Below, piece by piece: positions 13,504 through 26,990 of a stretch of DNA of 64,000 nucleotides. This DNA comes from Thalia democratica (taxonomy: Eukaryota), in the NCBI GenBank assembly GCA_965202585.1, contig OZ241833.1, forward strand, positions 10,974,001-11,038,000, written 5' to 3'. Both the position numbers and the translations under genes were made by a program. Position 1 is the stretch's first letter; each line of letters opens with the position of its first letter. The notes beneath the pieces were generated by a model. The model had not been told where the DNA came from, did no database searches, and saw nothing but the letters and a program-made list of their open reading frames with translations.

Positions 13504-16500
13504 CTTCTCAACGTAGATGGAAAATGTAAGGGATTTGACAAATGTTCTCTCGTGTCTATACTTTCTGTTCTATATCTCTCCTTATCATTTTCTCTGCTTT
13601 CGTTTTCTTCACTATCACTTTCTTCACTTGTTGAAGAAGCGTAAAACGATTCAGAACTTTCGTCGCTTGATGTATCTGAGTCATTTGATTCTAACTCGAG
13701 CTATGAAAATAAGTAACAGTAGTAATTAATAGTTAAGTGTTTTTATAAAAACATACGGTAAAACGTACACACTTTTAAAAACTATACAATGTATTCTTTA
13801 ATAAACAAATATGCGGATAATGTAACGTTATCAAACACTAATCATATTTTTTTGATGAAGTTTAAAAATCAAAATTAATTAAAAATAATTTTAACTACTT
13901 GGATTTTTTCTTCAATTAGATCTTTAAACTGCATAGCAACATCATTCCTTGGCTCATAAATTAAAATCATTTTGCATAGTTTTTGAGCTTTTTCCCATTT
14001 GCCGGATCTGCATTTAATTTTATGAGTTTTTATGCATGTAAATTTAGTGATATACTTTATGGAAAAAATAAAATTTATTATAAACTGTTGTAATCTTTTT
14101 ATCTTTAGGAAGAAAATAATTAAAACTTTGAAAAACTTTTGTAAGTATATATTAAGTAATTACTATAATATTTACATTACTTTAATTTTTTAAGTTTTAT
14201 CACCAAAACAATGTTACACTCGTCTAAAATATTTTAAACAAGATCTTTAGTTTATTAATAAAATCTTACTCAAAAAAATTAAGTGTTATTATTTATATTA
14301 ATATATTGAACTAATATTAACTAAATTAGTTTAGACGAGTAAAACATTGTTTTGGTAACAAAGTTTAAACAATTTTATTGAAATTATTAAACTTATTTAT
14401 AAGTTGAGAACTTTATTGTATTCTTAAGTATGAAAGTACATAGTTATTACATTTATCGCTAGTATAAAATTCAATAAACTTTAATACTACTTTGTTTAGC
14501 TGCTCGTCAGTTAATTGTTGCTAAAATCTAACTTTAATACAGTGTTTAAAAAAACGTTAGTTAAAAATAATTAAACCATTAAAAGTTAATTGTAAAACAA
14601 GTCCGTGTTAAGATTTTAATTTAACTTATTCTTTGCCGATTTAAAATTAAGTTTAAGAAAGAAATTTAAAGACTTAATTATGTAAAATTATTGAAAACTT
14701 ATATAAAGGTTTAAAATAAACACATATTAGAATAATACACTTTTATTTATGCTATACTTATCTCGTTGTTCACAGATTTTAGGCTCGCAAGCGATTCTAG
14801 AACTGAGAGGTGAAACGTGTTTCTTGCTTTAGATAAAATTTTGAATCTACTACCCTTGTAGTGATCAGCGCAGCTACGAATGTTGAAAAGGGGTTAATTG
14901 ATCGATGTTTGATCACTTTTGAACTTTTCCTCGCCATTAAAAGAAATTTTTCAGCTTTTTTGTTACATGCTGCTTTCGGCTGACATGCGTTGATATGTAC
15001 GATTTACGTAGTCGTTTCCGCAATGAAAACTAAAAACGTACACTATGTTGCTTAACTCGTGGGGAGATGTATTGTTTTTAACTATTCCATTAAGCTGATG
15101 GTTAGTTTTACATTCAACGCGTAACAAAATGCTTTTAAAACTCGACTTTATAGCTTGTAAATCCTGCCTAGCCAACTTTATTGAGTTTTCATTCATATAA
15201 GGAATGCAGAGGTAAACTGGGCAAAGATGTGAACTAAAAGTAGGTAAACTATTCATTTCCGATTTAAACCAAACCTACCCAAGAACTTTTCTAAGAAAGA
15301 ACAATCCTTTTAGTTATTTTCATCTTTTACTTATTCTTTTTAAAATTTCAAAAATTTTTAATTATTACGTATAAAACTTTTAAACTATATATAAAACATT
15401 TCCTAAAAGTTTTAGATCTGTAGCTCAATAAATAAAGGAGAAAATAATTTTTTGTAAAATTATAAATTTGTGAGATAATTGATAATGAAAAAATTTCTGT
15501 CCATACAATTTTACTAATAAACTTTTTGTAATTTAAAATTTCTCAAAAACTTAACAATATTTCAATATTTTTTAAAAACTGGCTTGTGTTTATGTTCAAG
15601 GCTTTGATATAGAAATCAATTTAATTTATATATAAACAATTCCTTTGCCCTTAATTTGGACCGCAAATAATCTAATTCAGAAAATCTTCATAAAAATCTG
15701 CCAACATATGGTTTAAACTACATAATCGTTTTAATAATACATAATATGTAATTGTACTTGCTATGTTGTAAAGTTTTACATTATTTTTTTTTAATATTAA
15801 AGCACTTTTATTAAACAAAGTAGATCTAGTAGTAAAAATTAAAAATAAACACAATTACAAATAATACAAATAAATTTTGTGATTCCAGTTATAAAAAAAA
15901 TTAGTAAAGAATAAAGTTTAATATAAAATCAAGCGATATAACAAAGGAAGCTTTAAATTATAAAATATAAATTTGTTTTTATTGAAATTTATATAGCAAG
16001 TTATATGAAATACTACAAAACTAACAACTAATTAATTAACTTAAAATTAATAAAATATGACTAACCTGACGTATGTGATGAACTCAGCAATAAGTTCAAT
16101 AGGAGCTTTTATTATGCTCCCTTTGTATTCATCTTCTTCACTTTCTGCAGATGATGATGTATATTCACTTGTCGAAGTATCTTCACTTGTAAAGTTGTTA
16201 AGTGGTTTATCTTCTTTAAAAATAACATTACAGTATTAGAGCTAGTTGTTAGTAAAAATTTTAAATCTCTTGAAGGTTCCATAATAAATAAACTACTTTG
16301 TATAAAAGCAGATGAGGCAGGATTATCAGTTCTTGAAATAAACAGACTTTTTAAAACTATTTTGAGTTTTTATCAAAAAAACAAAATTATCCTGAGTTCA
16401 AAATAAAAATTCAAAATATCCTGAGATACCCTGAGTTATTCTGAGACTCTTTTAAACTACAAATATTCTGAGTATCTTGATTGTGTGGCAACTTTGCATG

Positions 16501-16697
16501 AAGTAAAAGTGGTAACTTAACATATTTAAAATAGGGTTTATCAAGATTTCTGAAAAACTAAAAACTTGTTTAGTTATAAACATATAAACACTTTTTTGAA
16601 ACATTAAAAAAAAAATTAACCTTCACTGCTATGGTTTGTTTTTGTTTCATCTTTTACTTCATGTTCAGTTTTGTAATTATCATTCATTTTTATATTG
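13504..16697 (-). CDS. ERICH2: ERICH2-like glutamate/serine-rich protein. Supported exons 16621-16697 (or 16728), 16066-16213, 13899-14007, 13504-13700; first and last exons uncertain
   Basis: Phase-consistent GT-AG exons give KAPIELIAEFITYVRSGKWEKAQKLCKMILIYEPRNDVAMQFKDLIEEKIQ followed by an acidic tract. This matches the ERICH2 motif APLEL.AEF...AKKLC.MILIYEP.N. Candidate 5' exons are 18703-18737 and 19365-19389 (ATG). Confidence 0.8.
14760..15256 (-). mobile_element. Decayed Penelope-like element 3' fragment (GIY-YIG region) in an ERICH2-like intron
   Basis: The ORF at 14963-15256 contains SNIVYVFSFHCGNDYVNRT (GIY-YIG-like). The downstream frame KARNTFHLSVLES resembles a PLE C-terminus. 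Confidence 0.65.
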
Positions 16698-18963
16698 CTG
16701 TAAAGTTTGGGTATAAACATATGGCTGTCTTAAATATGAAAATATATAGGTATACACTTTCAACAACTATTTAACATAAATAAACTCTTTAAGTTGATAA
16801 TCTAACATACTTCTACTAATTTTTGTCAAAAATTTACAATAGAACAACAAAATGTAAATAAAGTTTTATACAACACAGAGATAGAAGGTCTAAGTTATAT
16901 TTGCCAAATTTTAAGACATATTAAAACAAGATTATGTAAAAAACTACAAAATGTCAAGATTCAAAGTTTTATATCAACGTATCACAGTGGGCCCAATCAC
17001 ATTTAATTAGAAATGGGGAACTATTTTTCTTTAACTAATATTTATAATTCCTGATCAAGAATTTTTTATTAATGTAAGTAGTTTAAGGTTGTAAATGTAT
17101 CTAATGACTTTTCCTAAGTAAATTAAAAATTCCTAATAAATAAAAGTTACCAGACTTTAAGTTTTAGCTATTATAAAATATTTTAACTAGTAAGAGCCAA
17201 AACTGAAATAAAATACGACAAGATCTTAAAAACTAGCTGATTTTTAAGAAAAATTTCAATTTAGTACTAATTAAAAAAAAAACTTAAAACAAGTCTGAGT
17301 CAAACAGTGTTTTTTAAATAATCTGAAAAAAAAACTAAAATAGCTTTGAACAGGCCTGAATTTTCTAAATTTAAAAACTATCCTAGAATGTGGAGTAACC
17401 TTGTAATAGTCTAGTTTTAAAGAGTACAAATAAACTAAAACATATATTGAACATTTATAAACGATTTGATAAAAACTCATAATTTATTATTTATTAAAAA
17501 ATGATAAGCATAAGCTCAAAAATAATAACTGCTTGTATCTGTCAAAAGATATCCTACCAAAACAAGTTTCTTAGAATGTTCTGATAACAAAACTTTGCAA
17601 ACTATTTGATTTATTGAATTCATAGAGTTCAAAAGAGTTATTCATAAAGCTTATAAAGCAGGCACAAGCTTCATGAAAAAATAAGTGGAACTGTGTCATT
17701 AGTTTAACAGAGAACTGTACATCAGTTTGATAAAGCGAGTACTTTGCAAATTGTTGTTATTATAAATTATGAGTAATACTTTAAAACAGGGTCCCATTGC
17801 TTTAAACAAAAAGCCAGCCTATATGGAAAAAACTAGCCTTGGTTACACTAAACTAGTCTGAATAGACCTAGATTGAAGAGAAATTAAAAAAAAACTAAAA
17901 TAAAAATGTTAGTCAGGCTTAAATAATAGAATATACTTTAATAATAACAAAAGAATTTGAAAGCATAACATTAAAAATAAAATAAAATCAAGTCATAAAA
18001 CATGCCTGAGATTTAAAAAAAAAACAAATAAACTAGCTTGAGGTTTGCAAAAAAATTCATTGCTAGTATGATCAGTGAAGTCAGCTTTATTTAATTGCCA
18101 TGCAATGTTTGATACATTGTTTACTTTGAAAGACAACTGGTAAAGTCCTTTTAAATATGATCAAAAGAAACATCAAGAAAGTCTAACAGAGTGTAATCCT
18201 TGATTTACACATGGCAAGAAAAGCTCAAATTAATATAAAGATTGGTCTTTATTAAACCATTGTACTGTAAAACAAAAAAAATTGTATCCTGCTGTCTTAT
18301 TTTCATAACAAGTATGTTTTACCATGATATGCTTGATAATTTTTATTCATATATAACTTACATAACTTTAAATGGTTATTTTAGCAATGTCAGACAAAAA
18401 TTTCTTATTTAAGTTCAAAATTTTATTTTTATATGTGTTTAATTAAGTTTCAATCTTGCAGCGTTTAACTCAGAGAGTTTACAAAGCTGACATCAAACCC
18501 CTACAATATCAGGCAAAAAAATTCTAAAATAAAATTACATTTTATAAGCCAGAATTTTTTTTAATCCTTTTTTTTAGAGTATTGTAATAATGAGTCTTAG
18601 TTAATAATTAAAAAAAAAATTAATCAGTTTTGTATTGTGTTGATTTAATTGTTCTATTTGAATTGAAAATAAATAGTATTGTATTTCTTGAGCATAACTT
18701 ACCTTGAACAGCAATTTTTATCAACTTTACAAAAAACCTAAATATTTAATGCCAATTATTTTCCTTATCTTAAAAGCTAATTAGAATTTTTTTTACAGGA
18801 GAACGTTCCTTTGCCTTGAATTAAAATTTTTTGTAAGATTGATGAAATTGCTGATCAAGCTAAGTTAATGCTGGTTTGTGCTTCTAAATTAGCTTCTTAA
18901 CTACTAAAATTTCCCTAATTAAAAACTATAACTTATTTAAATCGAGTTATTTATAAGCTAGGA

Positions 18964-19316
18964 TAGAGATCAGCAGCCTTTTCAAACTCACGGACCAATT
19001 TTTCGAAAAAAGTTGTTCGCAGGCCGCACTGTATAAAAAAATTTCTTCAAAAGTCCGTATTTTGTTTTAAAAATTGTATTAATTAACATAAAATGCTAAT
19101 TTAAGTTAAAAGTTCAATAAAATAAACAATAGCAAAATAATTATAATGAGTTGTTATCAAATTAAGAGTCTAAATACTTATTACTACAAAAATTTAAAGA
19201 AAGCTTCGTCTTGAGCTGAGAAGTACCTCGCAGGCCGCACACTTTGGCTTTTAGGGCCGCAGACTTTTGCTTTTATGGCCGCATTTGGCCCGTGGGCCGC
19301 AGTTTGCCGACACCTG
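18964..19316. mobile_element. hAT-type MITE with 8-bp TSD
   Basis: Imperfect TIRs tagagatcagcagcc / gtttgccgacacctg, with the exact 8-bp direct repeat agctagga on both flanks. Confidence 0.85.
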
Positions 19317-20134
19317 AGCTAGGATAACAAACCAAAAATCTTGTTTTACTATTAGTTGTATTACTAATATTTTTCGATCGTGGTTTCATTTGAATTCGGC
19401 GAAGTGATATGAAGTCTTAAATAAAAAAAACTAAATACTTACTAAATATTAATGATAATTATATTTGTTAGGTGTAATGAATTAAGTTTAATTATATGTT
19501 CTTAGTAGTGTTACCACTAGATTACAAGATCTTTAAACTATCTATTAGGATTGTTTGTTTCATTTTATATAGTTAAATTAATGATAACTTTATTAAGTCT
19601 GAAAATATTTTTACTACTACCTTATTTTTTCAAATATTTATACTCAGATTTAATGTTCATTTGTAAGTTTTTGAGTACATTTTAAATAGAACTTTCTAAA
19701 TAAAAATACTACTTAGCTATTTTTGTTTAATATGTTTTTATTTTAATGATTTTAAGTTTTAAAACTTTCAAGTTAAAAAATGTATTTTTTTTAGCTTATA
19801 AAAGACTTGTATACTACGACTTGATAACCAAAATGTTTTTTAGAATAGTTTTTCAATGATAATATTTTATTGTTCCGTAAACAAAATTAAATAAACCTTA
19901 AATGCAAAAAAAGTTTCCTTGGTTCACATATTTTAATTCTTTAAGTAAATTCAGCAAGTTGCCTACAAAAGCAGCTCAGTTCTGTATTAATAAAAAGTTT
20001 CATTAAACACACGCATGACTATATTTTACATAGAAATAGTTCTAAATGAATCTAAGTCTTAATGAGTTTTTTTAACAGTTCTTAACAATAATTAATAAAA
20101 TTATTATTGAAAAGTATTATTGAAAAGTAGTAAG

Positions 20135-20358
20135 AAATCTGGCTAATTTGTGTTGTGGAGACTTGATCATCGACAGAATAGGTCTAAAAGGAATATTTGG
20201 TTTGTGTAGTTTTGGAAGGCCATACATCCTTGGCCAAGGATTTAGGCCAAGGATTTAGGCCAAGGGTGTATGGCCTTCCAAAACTACACAAACCAAATAT
20301 TCCTTTTAGACCTATTCTGTCGATGATCAAGTCTCCACAACACAAATTAGCCAGATTT
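20135..20358. repeat. Inverted repeat: 101-bp arms (1 mismatch) around a 22-nt spacer of 13-bp tandem units
   Basis: 20135-20235 is the reverse complement of 20258-20358. The centre reads ggccaaggattta-ggccaaggattta-ggccaagg. Confidence 0.97.
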
Positions 20359-21723
20359 TTTAATTTTTTATTAGAACCAGTTTTAGCTTATTACTCACAA
20401 TTCGTTGTAAAAGACTCTTTTGAAGTTATCGAAAAGATCAGACATGCTAAATCAACTAATACAGTTTTAACATCTTTTGACGTAAAGCAATTGTTCACAA
20501 ATGTACCACTAGAAGAATCAATTAAGATAAGTGCTGACAAATTATATGAAATAAGTAAACCTAATTTAGAGAAGAACAATTTTATAAAGCTGATGAAAAT
20601 AGCAACAAGTGATGTGCAGTTTAATTTCAACAATACAATTTACAGTCAGATAGACGGCGTAGCCATGGGGTCACCTTTGGGTCCTACTCTAGCGAATATT
20701 TTTATCGGATATTTAGAATCCAAAATTGCTGACGACTTGTCTTCATAAGTTGTCTACATAAGATACGTCGACGATTGTTTGGTCATATCCAAAACAGAAA
20801 GTGAAAATGAAGATATTTTTCAAAAATTAAACTCTTTACATAAAAAGATTTCTTTTACTAAAGAAGTAGAAGAGAACAACCAGCTGCCATTTCTGGATAT
20901 ATTAATAATAAAAGATAAAACAAGCTTCTTAACGAATGTTTATAGAAAAACAACTTTCACTGGGCAATACTTACACTACCAATCGTTTTGTAGCAAGAAA
21001 CGAAAAGTAAACCTAATCAAAACGCTGTACCATAGAGCATACAGAATCTGTTCGAAAGAATTACTTCATTCAGAGGTTGAGAGAATAAAAGAAATTTTAA
21101 TAAAAAATGGTTACCCACCAGATTTGATTAAGAAGGTGATAAAATCACACCACAATAACATAAATCAACCTAGACTATTTGGACCGGAGAAGTTCCCAGC
21201 AATATTAAAACTACCTTATATTGGAGAAAAATCACGAGTATTTGAGAGCAAACTAAAAGACTTAACAAAAACATCTTACAATCAAGTGCTTCCAAGAGTT
21301 ATATTTCTTTCAAAATCTTTTTTAAAAGTGCAGTTGAAGGACCCGATACCAGACCAAGACAAAAGTTATGTAGTATACAAGTTTAATTGCTCTTGCGAAA
21401 AGAGCTATATCGGTCAGACCTCTAGGCACTTAAAAACCAGGATAAAAGAACATCTACCTGCTTGTGTATTGAAATTCATCGAACAAGAACCTGAAATTAA
21501 GACAATAGCAACAAAAAACGCAGCAAAAAGATCTTCAGTTGCAGAACATCTAATAAATAATAGAGATTGTGCTAGGAAATATGACATATCCAGATTTAGA
21601 ATAATCCATCATTGCAATAGTGTGTTTGATCTCGTGAAGTTGGAGGCTATCTCTATATTTTTGGAGAAACCAGAACTGTGTAAACAGAAGGAATTTGATT
21701 ATAAAGTGTCTTTATTTAGTTAA
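20258..21723 (+). pseudogene. PLE RT-endonuclease ORF, 5' truncated, one in-frame TAA at 20746-20748
   Basis: ORFs 20197-20748 and 20779-21723 are in the same frame. The single stop lies a few codons before YVDD. Confidence 0.9.
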
Positions 21724-23060
21724 ATTATCTATTTTTTATCCGTTAGTAGTATTTGAGTTTAATTATTTATTACTTTACACTGATTATTTATTGTGCTTAT
21801 TACTTTGTTAGTTTTAACTTTTTGTGTTTTTGTTTAAAAACTTATTCATAGTTTTAGAATTGTTCTACTGTTAAGTTCTGACGAAAAGTAGTGTAATACG
21901 TATAAACTATCACAGAAAAACTTGAGAGAGTGTTTTATTTATTTGTTTTTGCATTAAAATTTAAATAACAACCAAGTTACTTATTATTTGTACTAAAATG
22001 TACTATTCTTAACACAACTATTAAGAACATATTGTTATTATTAGTAAAAATTAGCCTTTTATATTTAAAATCAAAATAGAAGTTATGAAAATAGCATCAG
22101 TTATGATTATAACAAATTACGTTTTTATATGACTTTTTATTTAGTTTAGTATTTATATTTGGTTTAATTATAATATTTTTGTTTTAAAATGTATGAATTT
22201 ATTACGGCTTGTTAACCATAAAGTAAAGAAAGTCTAATTTAGTACAAAAATAAGTTTATAACTTATTGTACAAGTAGTCTAAGTTTTTGATACATGAATG
22301 TGTTATTTTATTAAAGGATAAAACTCTATATTTAGACACTTTCATTTATTTCTCAAAACTTACGAAAATTTAAAAAACAATTTAAAGCTATTTATTTTAT
22401 TGGTTTAAGACAGCTTAATAAATGGATCTCAATTCTCAAATACTAAACTTTATTTATTTTTAGCTTTTAAAAAAGTATTCTACTTAAGTAGTGATCTACT
22501 GGATCCGGAAATTTTTTAGAATTTAAGATCAGGCCGGGTCCAGATCGTTTTTTAATAGGAAAGATAGAAATAGGTAAAGCAACGTACGGCCTGTAAATCG
22601 AAATTTCTGGTCCACAAAGTATTTTTAGCTTTAGAACATGTTTTGTAACTTGAAACAAGTAGTAAGTTTAAAGATTATATTTAAACAAATATTTTTTTTT
22701 TAACTTTATAGCTCATTGAATCTTTAATTTACTCCTTATGGATTAAAACTTTTTTAATAAAGTTATAATTTGGAAAAAAAATCAGTTGGAACCAATTGAA
22801 TTGTTAAAAAACAATTAATTGAATAAAAAATCTCATGTTTCGTAGCAAAAATACTGTACTAGCTACTAAGTATCTTATATATTGCATAGTGTATCGTGAA
22901 TTAGAGTAGAGGTCTAAAGTTTAGGCCCTAAAATGCTTTTTAAGTTTCGATCTTTATTATATATTCTTATTAAAGTACAGTTTTGTTTATGCAATTGTAA
23001 AAGTTGCTTTAGTGATAATTTTTGTGGCAATAAGATAACTGTAAAAGTTAATTATATTTT

Positions 23061-23795
23061 GTTTATTGAACGACAAAAAATAAGCGCTCAAAATATTTGG
23101 TCCTTAGACCGGGAGCACGAAAAAACCTTTCGGTTATCGAGTCGCACACAACGGATACCTTTTAACGTCTTGTCCAGACAATTAAATGCATTTAGGATTT
23201 AAAAAAACTGTGTGATTTAAAATGGAAAAAGAAACAAGTTTGTTCATTTTCCATAAAACAGTTTCTTAACTCTAGTATACATACAAAACATAATCTCCAA
23301 AATAAAAATGAAATTATTTTTTGATTTTATCACTAGTTTATATTTTCCTAAATCGTACTTATTGTCTTCAAAAAAATCTATAATCTAATAATGACATACA
23401 AAGTTATTTACTTAATAAAATAAGAAAGTACTAAACGATTTTTTGTTTTACATAAATTAGAAATATCAACAATACTTTATAAAAGTTATAAATAAGATGT
23501 TTATAAAGTATACTCTTTCAACAGACCAGTTATAGCAGAAGTGAAAATTATCATTATCTGGGTTAAACACTGTAAAAATTTGAAGCTTTCACAAAGAAAT
23601 TTTATTTATGTTGTTTTTGTAAACATAATGATTAAAGTTTTTGAATCTAAATTTGGCATTATCTTAAGTTGTTATTAATTGTCCTGGACATGACTTTAAA
23701 CTGTATCCTGGTGTACGACTTGATAACCGAAAGGTTTTTTTGTACACAGGTCCTCGGACTAAATATTTGAGCGCTTTTTTTTTCGTTCAATAAAC
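23061..23795. repeat. Two inverted copies (23061-23179, 23681-23795) of a ~115-bp dispersed repeat
   Basis: Shared core gtttattgaac...cctttcggttatcgagt. Further copies at 32855-32968 and 41109-41202. Confidence 0.8.
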
Positions 23796-24269
23796 AGTAT
23801 AATTGTGAAAGCATCTTTTTTATTTTATTTGTGATTGTATGTGTGATACATATGTTTCTGGTTACAATAAAAATTGTTACTAAACTAACCATTTGTTGAT
23901 GTGAAACATTGATGTTTTAGTTTTAGTGATTTTATTTATTTAAAAGTTGTTAATTGCTTTAAAAAATTGTTTTGTTTATGTTAAAGAAAAAGAAAAGTCC
24001 TTTATGTAATATTTTTATGAAAATAAACACGGTATGAACTGGTCTTGTTTTGTATAACCGGGTGGCTTCAGTTTTCCACTACTTCTCTAGGTTTAGAGTA
24101 TCTTGAAAATCATGCAAATCATTTGAATATTTGCAGAGTCAGCAAAATTTTTAGATAACTTTTTTTATATATTATTATTTATATATACACCCTTATCCCT
24201 AACCCACCTTACCAAAACATAAAAAAAAAAATCAAAAAATAAAGTTTTAATATCAAGCTACTATGCTAC

Positions 24270-26020
24270 TACCACAAAACTATTAACAGAAAACTGTTGA
24301 AATTTTGTACTTGTGCATGCCAAAAATGAAAAGTCAGATAAGGTATCACAAATAAAAGTGTTAGTTTTTAAAAGCAGTATTGTATACTATCAATTATTAA
24401 GATAAAGGGTGTTTGTTTCTAGGTTTATAAGTTTAAACTACATGATTCTTATTTAATTATTTATTAAAGGAAAATTTGTAAAAAATAATAGAATAATTAA
24501 AAAATCTTGTAATTGAAAATTCTAATAAGATAATTCTCTGACAAAATTTTATTCAATACTATACTAAATGTTGCATCTTCTGCTTGACTAGCCAATAATT
24601 TAACTAACAAATTAAAACTTGAGTTTTTATGTAACTAAAGCTGGTACATCAAATAAATAGATAAACATTATTTTGGTGTGAAATAAATTTAATAATAAAC
24701 AAAACTTAAATTTTTATGCAATTAATAATAGTTTGCAATATTTTCTATGACTTTTCTTACTTTTAGGGATTTATTAATAAAATTTTCATAGTAAAATGTT
24801 TTTTTATTCCTAAATTAGATCATTAAAACCAGTTATATGTATGTGTATTTTTATATAAAAAAAATTGATCCAAAAGCAAAAAATCCTACCATAAAATTGT
24901 TTATTAATAAGTTAAATTTAAACTGAAAAACTGTGAGAAAGATTGCTTAAAAACTGTAAACACAAAACACTAAACACAAAACTATTTATTATGATATTGC
25001 TATGAAACGTAAGGGTGTACATTTTAACTGGAAAAACCTATATTTTAACTTAAAAAAAAAATCATTGTTGACCACTGGGTTTCAGTGTTGTAACGTCAAA
25101 TCAGAGAGTTTTTCAAGCCAATTTTAAGGTCAAACACTTTAGGCATAAAAACAAGGCTGAGATTTCATCCTGAGATTTTGAACTTAGATGTTGCAAAAAC
25201 CTGGAATTTTGTACAGTTTTTTATGTTAAGTATGAAATCTTGGTAAAAAAAAAACTAATAAGTAAAAATGATTATTTTATTCATAGTTTTATTTGAAAAT
25301 TATTTATACAAAACATTTTAAAAGTAACATAACAGCATCTTTAGACTGATTTTATACCATTAAATTCATTTAATAATCTTAAGTTTAATTTCTACTATGA
25401 AGAAAAATAGTACTTTAAAAATGTAGAAGAAAATAAAAAAATCTTAAGTACAAATGGCAAACCTGGTCATATTTTGTTAAGTATCAGAAAAGTACATAAA
25501 ACGTGTTTTGAAATTATTTCAAGTTTTCTATAACATAATCAAACAAAAGTGATTTTTACCAGCAATAAAACTGCTGATGTATTATACTAATGAGTAGCAA
25601 CTCTGACACAAGATCTTTTTATGTGATTATAAATATGTTTTTATTATTTTACTTACCTCTATATAATTCTAACAAACTACCTTAAAAGATCAATAAAGTT
25701 GACAACTACAACTAAGAATGAAAACTCTTAATTTGAGCTAAACATTTACCAGGAATAACCTAAATGAGGTAACAAGCAAAGTTCAATAATGGGAAAGGTA
25801 ATAAAAAACAACAAAAGGAAAAGGAAATTCTATACTTCACACCATTATTTTGTTTGTGTGTAACGACAAAAATTTACAGATGTTTCCCAGAAATTGTTCT
25901 TTAAAACTTTGGCCTAACGCTTTGTACCACAAAACTATTAACAGAAAAGTGTTGAAATTGTGTACTTGTGCATGCCAAATATGAAAAGTCAGATAGTGTA
26001 TCACAAACGGAAAGTGTAAG
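24270..26020 (+). repeat. ~95-bp direct repeat, copies at about 24270-24365 and 25925-26020
   Basis: Both read accacaaaactattaacagaaaa.tgttgaaatt.tgtacttgtgcatgccaaa.atgaaaagtcagata. Confidence 0.85.
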
Positions 26021-26108
26021 AGGATAAAACAGAAAAATCAAAGCTTTGAAACTGCAGAGATATATGCAATGCATGGTGGATGGCAATTGTTTATTAATAA
26101 ATGTCATC

Positions 26109-26982
26109 TAAATAAAAACAAATTATACAGTAATCTTCCTTTATTCTACCAACATATGTTTCTGTGTGTCAACGAATCAACACACTTCAACTGGGTTCTG
26201 TAAAAAAATAATTACTGTAATGAGAGAATAGAAGCATAGAATAAAGTAGGTGTATACATATTTTCATTAAAATAAGATATTTTCTACAGATAATAGTTAT
26301 TAATAGGTGAAATACTTAATTTTAAATCCGACTGTTATAAAACTATATGATATTTGTGATTATTAAGTCTAAAATAAGTAAAGTAAGCTAAATTACACAA
26401 CAAAACATAATATAAACAAACAACTCACGTTAATAGGAAAGAAAACTAATTCAAAATTTACTGTTGTTAACTAACGAAAAAAATACATACGTTACAACTA
26501 ATAATTACGTCACAATGTAAATGAGGTTATTTAAACTATTTAATTTGTATTGTAAAGAACATTAATTTTGTTTTTATGTAATCTATTTTGAACAAAAATA
26601 AAACATTAACCATTAGTTAGTAAATCAATAAAATTTAATAAAACTTAACGTGAGTTATTTACGTGAGTTGTTTGTTTATATTATGTTTTGTTGTGTAATT
26701 TAGCTTACTTTACTTATTTTAGACTTAATAATCACAAATATTATATAGTTTTATAACAGTCGGATCTAATATTAAGTATTTCACCTATTAATAACTATTA
26801 TCTGTAGAAAATATCTTATTTTAATGAAAACATGTATACACCTACTTTATTTTATGCTTCTATTCTCTCATTACAGTAATTATTTTTTTACAGAACCCAG
26901 TTGAAGTGTGTTGATTCGTTGACACACAGAAACATATGTTGGTAGAATAAAGGAAGACTACTGTATAATTTGTTTTTATTTA
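26109..26982. mobile_element. Fold-back element: 322-bp inverted arms, 230-bp spacer, possible TA TSD, HHR-like relic in each arm
   Basis: 26109-26430 is the reverse complement of 26661-26982 with about 6 mismatches. A homolog of the arm lies at 62289-62520. Confidence 0.9.
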
Positions 26983-26990
26983 TATTCCAG

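Larger units (their letters stand above)
20135..21960 (+). mobile_element. 5'-truncated Penelope-like retroelement (RT + GIY-YIG) with an inverted 5' arm; 3' end approximate
   Basis: RT motifs YGLPKLHK, FDVKQLFTNVP, QIDGVAMGSPLGPTLAN, RYVDD and LPFLD, then GIY-YIG VVYKFNCSCEKSYIGQTSRHLKTRIKEH. Confidence 0.95.

Noticed and set aside
13517-13729. Plus-strand ORFs 13517-13729 and 16057-16239, and minus-strand ORFs 20391, 46300, 47447 and 47511
   Set aside because: Antisense shadows of real exons or of the PLE ORF.
13442-14414. 14-bp inverted match flanking two ERICH2-like exons (possible back-splicing aid)
   Set aside because: Too short and AT-rich to distinguish from chance or repeat debris.
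23845-23915. acatatgtttct and gaaacattgatgt resembling HHR stem III
   Set aside because: No CUGANGA core or stem I can be found. Too weak to call.
25657-25668. Possible 12-nt minus-strand microexon (strong AG/GTAAGT)
   Set aside because: It cannot be linked to a gene without transcript data.
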